Assembly: GCA_000708835.1 (NCBI GenBank)
Contig: DF237450.1
Span: forward strand, 3,332-67,331
Direction: 5' to 3'
DNA: 64,000 bases
DNA from: Klebsormidium nitens
Taxonomy: Eukaryota > Plantae > Klebsormidiophyceae
The notes under the pieces were generated by a model. The model was not told where the DNA came from, searched no databases, and worked only from the letters and a program-made list of their open reading frames with translations. This document shows positions 24,101-34,876 of the stretch, in pieces (positions within the stretch are counted from its first letter, which is position 1; each line of letters opens with the position of its first letter). The position numbers were made by a program, and so were the translations under genes.

Positions 24101-27100
24101 GCAGTTGGACGGTGCCGAGCAGCTGGTGGGCGATTGCCCGGGACGACTCCAGTTCCTGGAAAAAGTGGAACCGCAGGTTAAAAATTTAGGTTTAAGTTCA
24201 GAATTGGCCTAGACGGCCTTGGCCCACCGGACGTCCGCGAGCTTTTGTCGGACGGGCGCCGCGTAACGGACGAGCAATTGACGGTGCCGAGTAGCTGGTT
24301 TGCGATTGCCCGAGACGACTCCAGCTCCTGGAAAAGCAAACCCACAGGTTAAAACTTTGGGTTGATTCAGATACGGGCTTCAACCGGACGCCCGGGAAAG
24401 TTTGCCGGACAGGCGCAGCATATCGGACGAGCAGTTGTATTGTGCCGAGCAGCTGGTGCGCGATTGTCCGGGACTCTAACTCCTGGACAGCCAAATCGTA
24501 GTCAAGTACTTCTGCTGCTTCAAAGGGTTGGGCTACGATGACGGTCGTGCTTAGTTTGCGACCGGGATTTGTAACTGTTTACTTCGTCCACCCGCTTTCT
24601 CATGGTCACATTCACCTTCCCCATAACCAAGGAATGTCACGCCCCAAACCTTCGCCATCTTTGCTTGTTGGGCTCTAGAAATCACAACCTGGCAAACGTA
24701 CGGGTTCTTATCTCAGCAAGGTGGACGCCAAAGGATCGTCTTATGCTTGACAGGATGTCGAAAGTCGTGAAACTTGAGCTCAAAACCTTCCGAGATTTAC
24801 CAGAACCTCAACCAAAACTCGACCTATCACAATCAAATCAGATGGAAACGTGAGACCTACCTCATTGCTGCCAACTTTGAATCGCTTCTGAGCTCTCAGA
24901 AAATCGGCTCCTTAATTTCTCACCTGCGTAACCTCTTCTTTCTCGTCTGCCGCTCGGGCCACCTCCCCCTCCCTCCTTTCCTCCCACTCCTTCTTCAAGC
25001 CCCGTAACTCGTCCCGGTGCCTCTCCCTCGCCATCTCCAACGCCGCCTTCGCTCTCGACAGGGCCTCCTCGCTAGTCTGCAGCCGCAGTCTGAGCTGTGC
25101 CTCGTTTTCGCGGGCCTTGTCAAGAGCCCGTTCCGCTTCCGCTTTGCAGTCCGACAGTTCAGCGGAATCCGATTGGAGTCGCCGGGCGAGGCGGACCAGG
25201 GTCGCGTGGGCGGCGCCCACAGACTCCGTTTGTTCCGCCAGGCTCACCTGAACGGAGCAAGCAAAGCGGAATGACAGGCCGGACAGAGATACAAGGCGAA
25301 CAAAGAACCGCTGGTGCTGATCTGACTTTAGAGGATTACACTCTGAGCAACAGAGATATGGATCGGAACACCCAAATATTATAGGAGGGGCAGTCCCAAT
25401 ACTTCACTCCTTATACCCCGGTCTCACTAAAGAGCTGAACATAGCGCGCCAACAAACCAGCCTTCGTAAAAAGTGCGGACTCAAACACATCCGTTTTGTT
25501 TCGTCCCCTGCCCACAACACAGTCCCATACCTGGCCCTCGACCGAAACCCCGGACAAGATCAGAAACGAACGCCGATTGTCACGAACTTCTGATCCCTTC
25601 ACTAAAGACGTCAAACCAGCACCCCCAACGAGCACCCTTACTGATCATCCGAAACGTCATGACAACGTCAGCAATTCTCCGTACAGATTGCAGAGCCTTG
25701 CGCTTACCTGGAGCCCCGTCAAGCTTTCGGGTCGCCTAAAGCCCTCTTCCTCCGCGCCCCCGCCGGAACGCAAGTCTTCTGGAACCCCCAAACCCTGCAG
25801 AGCCGCACAAGCGGCCGCGACGGCCTCGACGAGCGTCCTTTGCTGTCGCTCTAGTTGCGAGCAACGGCCGAGGAGCGCCGCGTTCCGTTCCTGCGCTTCT
25901 TTCCGTTCCGTTTCCCCGTCGGAGTTCCGGCGCTCGAGAACTTCCTGGGCTTTCTCGAGGAGAAGCTTAAGGTCCTTGGCAACTGTGGTGCTGACGAGGC
26001 GCTCTCTGCAGATCAAATTCAAATGTCAACAACATTAGAAGCTTGATGATCAATCTAATCTCAGCCACGGCGTGACATTCAGGACTCTCATCCGAGCCTC
26101 GTTCTTATGACCTGCCTGGAAAAGTCCTTCGGTTCCGATTGCTGACGCAGTTCCTTCGACTAAACATGAATTACACTCGGCAGGCGATTCAATGAGCTAT
26201 TATCTTTGAACTAGCTCATGAACGACCTGCTCAACAAGTGGCGCAAAACTGCAGAAGCTGCTTCAATATATCGCAATCATCCGTGTATCACGTTCGCCAA
26301 TAGGAGGTCGTATGCAAGCAGCTCATTCCTCACAAGAGACCCCAAAAGGACGCAACACGGAGCCACAATGGGAACGGCCCCTCAAAGCTACTTGGATTCC
26401 GCTGTGAAAGTTCTTGATATTGCTTTTTTAAAACGGGGTTTTCTTTTAGCATGCACAAAACGTGGTCAATCTGGCGGTATCAACTCTCAAACCATGCACT
26501 CGACCCAGGTGCTCGGTCGGCCGAGCTCACCGTTCCACGTGCTCCAATCTCTGCCGCGCCGCCTCTAGTTCCTCCTCCAGCCTCCCCTCCCGCTCCCGCA
26601 CTTCCCTAAGAGCGAGAACGGTCTTGCGAGCGGTGACGGCCAGCGTCGATAACGCCATTCCCGCCGGTTCGGGAATTGGCGTTTCCGGGCCCTCGCCCAA
26701 AAGGCCTTGTTGGGCAGAGGGTTTGTAGGATGCAGACTGCGGCGAAGTGGCGTGAGAAAGTAGGTGGCGAAGATCCGAGGCCTCGTCCGCGACATGAGCG
26801 ACAACGTGAAGTAGCCGCCGTTCGGCGGCGTCTCTGGGAAAGGAAAGAAAGCGGATCAACGGTGGGATTGTGCATGCAGGATGGTGTGAGGATTGTCTTT
26901 GCAACTTCGATTTTCGCGAGGCGAGGAGTGGTCGCTACTCGTTTCGAGCTTATCAACAAGAAGATTCAAAAAAGTGCGCCACGACTGTTGCTCTTTGAGA
27001 AGCTATGCAACGGAAGGAAATGCAAAAGTTCATCGTAAATGTACTTGGCGCGATGGACAGCTTCGTGAATCTGCCAAAGCCCGTCAATCCAACCACGGTC

Positions 27101-30100
27101 GCATGCCTGCGCTAAAGACAAACGAGCACGAAACGAACCTCTCATTTTGACTGCCTAGACATAGCACCTTGGCGAGTGCAGGATACAGGCGCCAAAACGT
27201 TACGACATCGCCAGATTGTTCCCTCACGCACCCTTGTCCGTCTCTCTTACTGACCTGGCTGCCACAGCTTCAGTCGCATCACCCAATGCCGCCCTCGCCT
27301 CTTCTCTCGCCGTCTCTAGTTGCCCGTCCAACCGCTCAATCTCCTCCACAAACTCTCTCTCCACTTCCGGCGCTGCCCGCATCGCGTGCTCGTCTCTGAG
27401 ATCCGCCAATTCACACTGCGTTCGGCGCAGGTCCTCCTCAAGGTGTGAAATGGCCCCAGCCTGGGCACGTGCGAGGTCGTCGGCGGACCGCTCGTGCTCT
27501 GTCAGCTGGCGCGCCGTGACGTCAGCAGCGTCGCGCGTGTGCGCAAGGTCTTGCTCGAGGGAGGTGAGGGTCCGGCGGAGGTCCAAGATGGTGACGTCAG
27601 CCTGTGGACGTGAGATGGAGTCAACATTTAGAGGGGCGGACGAATTCAAGGGTCAGTTTGCTCGGCTCGACTGTGGCTTGCGTTTACAAAAGAGACGGGG
27701 CTGACAAGAAGTTATGTATGGGCCGGTACTTGCCTTTTCCTCAACGTAGCCCAGGTGGAATCAGCAGGTTTGCAGATTAATATCCATGCGTTATTTATTC
27801 CGTCACTGTTCGCTGAATGGAGCGCCTCAAAGCCCATGTTCAAGAAAGCGGAAATCAGACGTCTTGACATCTTTCAGGACGTGAGAAGGTAGACGCTGGA
27901 CGGTCAGATACATGGCGACCGACTTCGTCCTCCGCGACCTTGTTTCCGTTATATCCATCTCCGAGGATTCACGTTTGAACCCCCCGAACCTTCTTCTCGA
28001 GCTACGGAAATTGCGAACAATCTTGGGAAGACAGATAAGAACTCACTTCGACCAATCGCTCGTCTGCCTGCCGAATCACGCTCTCCCACTCCCCCTCCTT
28101 CTCCTCGAACCGCTCCCTCTGCGCCTCCCGCTCTAGTTCGGCCGTCCGTAATTGTTCTCGGACGCGCGCCAGCTCCATTCGGACGTCCGAAACCTCCCGG
28201 CCGCGGCCGGCCAGCTGCTCCGATTGCCGCGCGATCTCGGCCGTCGATTTTGCGAGCTGCGCCTTGAGGGCATCGACGGTGGCGGACAACTCTGCTTGGC
28301 GGTCCTGACTGCGAGCCTCCTTCTGCGGGAGCGAAGTTCGAGACTTAAGAGATGGCAGCAGCGGATTGGTAATCAAAATTGCGGTGCCTTCGGTTGGCAC
28401 TCGCAATCTGATTCAAGCCTTCCCTACTCCCCACCGCCCCCTCGCACCCTGACTTTACTTCCTGCTGCAGTTTCCTCATGTCGCCTATACCTGTTAACGC
28501 ACCCCGCTTTGACTTAGCGTGAACACGAATTAGTCTGTGAAAGTCCACTCGAACCCTGTTTCGTTCCCCAGTCTTACCGCCACTCGTGAATTGTCCTCTA
28601 ACAGCGTCTGCTGCTACGGCGGCGATTTCTTTGTTCTTTCCAACCAGGGCACACCCGATCTCGGATTTCCAAACCAAGCCTCCCCCTTCTGGAAAACCCA
28701 TCCCGCCAAGAAGGCCGACTCTGCGAGATACCTGGAAATTCAAAGTGTTCCGTTGACTCACCTCGACGGCTACCTTGAGTTCCGCCTCCAGCCGCCGCCG
28801 CTGCTCCTCCCGTTTCTCCGCATCCTCCCTCAACGCCGCCACGTGTCCCCCCATCTCGTCCATCTGCTCTTCCAACACGCGCTGCGCCGCCGCGGCCGCC
28901 GTCTCTTTCGCAGTGACCCTGTCTCGCAGCGTGTTCTCGGTGGTCGTGGAACGGTCGAGGAGCGACGCCTGCTCCCGGAGCTTTTTGCGGAGGGCCACCG
29001 TTTCGTCGTCGCGTTTCTGAGATGCAAGAGTGGATTTAGGAGGGAGGAGTCGAGCAATTCTGGTACTTTTGGCCGTGACCCTCTCTCGGTGGTTGTTCTC
29101 AGTGGTCGTGCGACATTTGAGAAGCGATGCCTGCTCACGGAGCTTCTTGCGAAGGGCTGCTGTCTCGTCGTCGCGTCTCCGAGATGTAAAACCGGGTTTC
29201 GGATTTCGAACTTCTTAGGATTCCAGACTCAGAATTGAAGAGTGTGCCAAACTTAATTCCCTTGCCGTGATATTCTCTCGGACGTCTTCTTGGTAGTCGT
29301 GGAACGTTCGAGATGCGACGCCTGCTCGCGGAGCTTCTTGCGGAGGACTGCCGTCTCGTCGATGCGTTTCTGAATTTTAAGGACGTTTTCCGGGGTTTAG
29401 TATTCTAGAGATTCGGAGTCAGATCGAGGTCTCTGCCTATCTTCATTTTGTGCCATGACCCTTTCTCGGAGCGTGTTCTCCGTACCAGAGGAGCGATTGA
29501 GAGAGGACGCCTGCTCGCGGAGGGCCGCGGTTTCATCAATGCGATTCTAAAATGCAAAAGCGGACTTGGTAGACTTCAAAGGAAAGTACACTGTCAGGGT
29601 TCATTCCTTTCCGTGACCCTATCGCCTGCGTGCCCACTTTTCTTGCAAAGGGCCATTGTAGCCTCACTGCAGTTCTGAATGACGAGGCCGGTGAACATGT
29701 TAACAGCGGAGAAAAGAATGTGCAACGTACTCTCTTAAGCGACCTCAGTAGTTGCGGACCAATTCGGGAGCAACATGACATGACATCAGCGCTGACCTGG
29801 CACCTCTCCTCCAGCTTCTCCACGTGCTGCTTGAGGATCTCGAGCGCCTCCCGAGCCCGCCGCTGATCTGCCAGCTTCTTGTGCAGCGCGCGCACCTCCC
29901 CGTCCTTGGCGTCGATGTGTTCCTGGATCTTTAGAACCTAGGGAAAGAGGTGGGACTCACTCGTGTCATGGTTGCTGGTGCGCATCTGATACGCTCCAAG
30001 AGTCGGAAAGTGCTGGGCACCTTAACAACTGCCTGACGTGCGTTCTACCGCACTGGAGGAAAGCGACCCGTCCATCAGCAGGGCCACTCCACTTCGTTAG

Positions 30101-30865
30101 TGTCGCGGGACCACAAGCGAGTAGATTAAGGTCTGTCCTTCCAAGAGAAAAGTGCGCCTCTCAATTCCTTATTTCAACAACAGCGCACAATGGGCCACCT
30201 TTTCAAGGGAAGGCTCCGCAGCTATGATGTTCCTCCGACGGAGTGCGCTTTGAATGTGGTGTAGGGACAATTGAGTTGTGCCCATGCCTTCGATGATGGA
30301 CCAGTGAGATCAGGGCCATAGCGTGCAGCTCAAAGTATTAGACTGGAAATATGGGACCAGAGAACCAGATGTGGAGAACGAGCTGGGTTGAAGCCAAATG
30401 AGAGTCTACATTGAGCAATTGTGATGGTGGGAAGAATAAGATCATGGGCATTCGAAAGGGTAAACAGCGCCAAGGACCATGGCAGTTTCGAAGTTGACAT
30501 CAGAGGGACTTAGCTCGAGTCCAGCGTCAGTTCTCTCAAAACAAATGAGAGCTTTGAGCAGCTACAAGAGGTGGTCTACAGCAAGGTTGTGCTGGCCAGC
30601 TGTCTTGTAAGAAGTTGAACTTCACCTCTGAAGCGAGCTGCCTTAGCAAGGCAACAGAGTCTTTGTCCGCCTCCATTCCATGCCGTTCCAGCCGCCGCGC
30701 CTCGCTGCTGAGCATCGCTGACCACGCGCTGATGTCAGCCACCCCAGCTCCCCATCCATTGAGTCTGGTGGTGTGCCCCCGCAGCAGTGCCCCTCCTGAT
30801 GTCTCGGCAGCATTCTGAGTACTGAGTTCATCGTACCCCGATCCTTCTTCCAGGTGACGCTCCAT
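18132..30865 (-). CDS. Large coiled-coil protein, 15 exons, 1558 aa, with an internal PACT/CCDC171-like motif
   Basis: Exons (minus) 30865-30626, 29937-29797, 29016-28762, 28322-28047, 27601-27255, 26833-26531, 26005-25708, 25247-24924, 24155-23500, 23008-22867, 22290-22033, 21381-21217, 20665-20535, 20200-19984, 19055-18132. All GT-AG and phase-compatible (4677 nt). Long E/A/R/L heptad-rich sequence and a disordered S/E-rich C-terminus. The start ATG is inferred. Confidence 0.82.
19860..20025. repeat. Echo of coiled-coil exon 14 end plus donor
   Basis: Forward strand ccatctgcagctcgcgtcggagtgtc..cgtgctcg (~19873) versus real ccacctgcagctcccgccggagcgtc..cgtgctcg (~19980). Confidence 0.7.
21330..21765. 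repeat. Tandem copies of coiled-coil exon 12 acceptor plus exon start
   Basis: Forward-strand ccacctgt anchor at ~21379 (real), 21519, 21648 and 21755, with flanking homology (gcaccgcctcgcgggcgtcc, gaagggcgttacgat). Confidence 0.9.
24040..24490. repeat. Tandem copies of coiled-coil exon 9 acceptor plus ~110 nt of exon
   Basis: cggacgagca(g/a)ttg..gtgccgag..gcgattg..cg.gac..tcctgga at ~24095-24160 (real), ~24267-24332 and ~24423-24487. Confidence 0.9.
28915..29550. repeat. Tandem copies of coiled-coil exon 3 acceptor plus exon start
   Basis: gcctgctc(c/a/g)cggag recurs at ~28967 (real), 29129, 29319 and 29509, with flanking gtcgtggaacg and cgtcg..gcgt(t/c)tc. Confidence 0.88.
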
Positions 30866-31860
30866 GGCCAGGTCAACAGCTGATCCCGAGAAGTTAGGGT
30901 TTGGCAATTGGTGTCAATGCAGCTGGCGCCTCATCGTAGGAGAGTCATTTGAGATTGCCTTTGGTTTACCACTCTGCATGTGGTGGTAAATTCTCTTGAT
31001 TGCCTACAGATGCTAAAGGAAGCTGAGCGTTTGTTGAGTGGCAGCATTGAACATCAGATCTCTAGGCCTCTCAAACCTCGAAATAACTGCTCGACAACCA
31101 GACCTCCACCTTTTGCATCATTGCTAGGGCCAGCATCCAGCCTTCACAGCTTGCACAAGCTCAGCCAAGGCCAAGGCAGTCCATCAACAAGGCTGGCAAA
31201 ATAGCGGTCCTACATGTAACAATAGCAGACAATTGTCAGTACGAGAAGTTCCTCAATTCCGAGCCCCTACTTCGGCCATTTCTGACTGCTTGGCTGCTTT
31301 GATTGGATCCAAGTCTTGACATTGGCGGCAACAGGAGCGCCACACAGATCCACAGCCATCCTTCCTGCATTGATTGAAAATCCTGTCTCATTGCCCCCAA
31401 CTTCCAAGGCCCTACTACGGTACTACTAGTATGAGCTGATCCGAGTGATCGCACTGCATCCGAGTGAGCGCCACCTTCAGCAGATTGGTGCAACTGTACC
31501 ACTGTGCTAGAGCAGGTAGGTACCGATGCAGGCCCCTGCACTTGAGCACCGTCGGATAGTAGGTTGCACGGGGGATCGTCTTAATCTGACGGCTACAAAG
31601 ACGCTCGCGCACACACTGCTCTATATGGTACCATACCGGATCAGAGTACTACTCAGAGCACTGAATCGATGTAGGCTAGGGTTCTGAAAAGTCAGAAGTT
31701 GAAAGCGGAAGTGGGTCAAGCTCTGCAGTAGGATAACCTTATAATTGGAAGGCGCAAGGAAGAACGCTAATTGGGCGGGGGTGCGTCCTTGGATCAGTGC
31801 TCCTAGCGACATCTTTAGCAAGGGACGCCGCTTGCAGGGTTCTTAAAGCCAGCCCAAACC

Positions 31861-33871
31861 ATGGCTGACCACGGATTTGATGGATACGACGACCCGGCCC
31901 CGGCGCAGGGCTATGACCAGCCCCCAGAGTATGAAGCACAGAACGAGGACCACTTCAATGAGCCTCTTGACCATGCAGAGAATGATTTTGGGGCAGCCCC
32001 GCATCACAGCAATGGACCCATCATGGATGACGCGTTTGAGCCTATGGCTAACGGCAACCCTCTACCTCCACCTGAGGATCTCCCCCCAGAGGAGTCCATG
32101 GTGCTTCGGTGCGGTTGCATTCCTTTTTGTTGACTTGATTGCTTATGAAATGGGAACATTGCGTCTTTCTTTTGATCCCAGCTGGGATCTGTGGCTCCAG
32201 AGAAGGCTGGAGCAGTCTTATCAGATTGGATGATTCAAATTGAGATAAGAATCTGAAGGCAGATTTTTTTGTCAAGTGTAATCCCACTCGTATTCTTCAT
32301 TCCAATTGCTTCAGAAGATCTTTGTCGCAGTCCAGGGCATTGTGATTCATACCTGCATGATATTCTATTCGGCGGACACAAGACATGACACAAGGGTTCT
32401 AAGTCAAGGCGCTCCTGCTTGCTGCTCTCATAAGTGCCGTATCATCCTTGGTCGTAGGATCTGCTGAAACTAGTATGATGTACTTGCAGGGAGTGGCGCC
32501 GTAAGCGAGCTGCAGAGCTCGAAGAGAAGACCAGAACCTCACAGGAGAAGCATGCGCAGGTATGGGCTAGCAATGCACTGGAAAATGTTTTTCTCGGCTT
32601 ATGGATCCCTCTGGATTGATCTGAATCTTCTGAATGCAGATCGCGCACGAGGTCTGAATTCGAGTAATTAGGGTTTGCAATTGATCGGGTAGTCTTGCGA
32701 CCAATCAGTTTCTGCGTCATTGAGCATCAAGCGGATGCCCTGGGTCACTTGGTTGCATTGAATTGCCGGATCCGATGAGTTACTAATGCTGTGCAGATTC
32801 TGGATCATGCTGCTGAAGACAGAGAGCGTTTCTATGACCAGCGCGAGAAGCAGGTGGCCACTTCAAAGACCACCAACAAGTGAGCACAGTGCTCTTCCAA
32901 GGTTGTTTGCACCCATTGCTGAGCTGGGTTGGTAGAGCTGGTCAATTAAATAAAACAAATGCAGTGGAGTAATTGAGGTCTCGTGTTGGATCAGGACATC
33001 TCTTCAGGCCCTCTGAGGCTTGTTGAATCTCCTTGATCAAGTACAAGCATTTTGATTGGTTGTAGACACATTCTGCTTTATAGACACTCTTGGTCGCTCA
33101 CTCTTTGCTTCCTCTGTCATCAGTTGTGTGTGAGCTCTTCACTGACTCCAATCTATGGCACAGTTCATGTGTCTGCTAAACGAAAAGGAAGTTCTCTGTT
33201 CTGGGGCGCTCGCAGAACTTTGTACAACTGTTCGGCTTCAATGTCTGCTTACTCGCTCCGCTAAGTTGTCTCTGTATCAATGTCTATTCTCTGCAGGGAA
33301 AAGGAGAAGGTGCTTCTTGCCAACCTGGACTCGCTGATGGCCAAGGCTGGGGAGAACTACTGGGAGGCAGTCACGGGTTTCATCAACTTTGACACCCAGC
33401 AGGACAAGAAGGGCGCAGGCAAGGGGAAGAGCGCCACTCCTCGCCAGTCCATCGTCCCGGAGGTGAAGGCAGGGCGTCAGACTGATCTGGCACGCTTTCG
33501 TCAGGTGAGCTCCTTGCACAAGAACCTGGCTGCAGGTCCATTCAGAGGCTGCTTCTGGCAACAGCTCTTTGCAGGATTTCATTACTACACACCACAAGTA
33601 ACTGCTCCTTCGCACAACCGAGGGAGAGCTGAGCTCGGATGTGCTGAGGCCAGGTCCTGAACCAGATTATTGTGGTTGGAATGCAATGGCTCTGCAATGT
33701 CTCTCCCTGGTTGCCAGAGGGAGCCCCTTTGGCCTCTGCATGGGCTTCATCAGTGAGCTCTGAAAACACGATCCATCGATGCTGCCGTGCCGTAACTTAT
33801 ATTTCTGTATGCAGATCCTCCTCAAGTTGAAGCACACGCCCCCCATCCGTCACTCGGTTGCTGCAGCTTGA
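31861..33871 (+). CDS. CLC: Clathrin light chain, 5 exons, 221 aa
   Basis: Exons 31861-32108, 32490-32559, 32797-32879, 33297-33504, 33815-33871, phase-compatible. Acidic N-terminus, LREWRRKRAAELEEK, NYWEAV, and the plant-type C-terminal TDLARFRQILLKLKHTPP. Confidence 0.9.
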
Positions 33872-34876
33872 TCAGCAAGCGGCGATGGAAGCTTCCACCA
33901 CTGTATTGAGGAAAAGGGATTCGAAGACATTGTATGGTTTCCTTGCGGTAGCACGTTAGCCGTGACGTCTCCCCTCGTTGGAGCAGGAGAATGACCCCCA
34001 ATTGTTGCACACCTCTTTTGAACCCTCCCCTTTGCAGGCTTCGAAGTGCATTCTAAATGTGAATGTTTGTGCACATGCCTAACCTGATATCCAACCCTGC
34101 GGTGTCAAACCTGCAAGTACGATGTACAAGCTTCGTGACAGGGCTCAGCTATACTCCAATACTGATTTGCCCGGCCCTGCTTGTAATGGTCAGTGGAACC
34201 ATCAGATGCCATCGCAATCTGACAGCTAAGGAGCTGCATCAGATGACAATGCTTTTTTGCGTATGCAAGGATGACTTGGTAACCAAAACGCCCCTGTTCT
34301 GATGCCATCTTGCGGCCAGCTACCGGATGCCTGGCTGAGATCGTATAGTTGAAAGAACACCGTCAGAAATTTTTTACTATATGCATGCGCCTGGAAGTCA
34401 AGGTGCGCGTCGTGCACTGATCATTGCATGTCAAAGGCCTGAACTTTAAGTGAATGTCATTTAAATAGCATGCATTCGGACACCATCACACATGCCAGTG
34501 CACATGCCGTGCGGTACACGAACACCTAAGCATCGAAAACTTGACGAATTCCTCTCCTTGACACCATGGTGCATCGATTGCATACGTTCTTTTGATCATT
34601 CGTCACCGAGTCCCATTCATGCACTGTCCATGCTACTTGTACTTCTGCAAAGCTGCGGTGACATTTGACAGCCTGCGAGAGCGGACGGTTTAAGAATGTA
34701 ATGATCAGTACTGGTTAGTGCATCACCCACCGCGCATTCAGCTGTGCATAAGCTGTAATCACTTAGCGCGGGCCGGATGATGGATGAGCAGGCCAGTTTC
34801 CGGATGTGTACCTTAAACAATTTCCCTCAATGGTCAACCGTACCTTTACCTCGAGATCCAACTTGATAGACAACCC

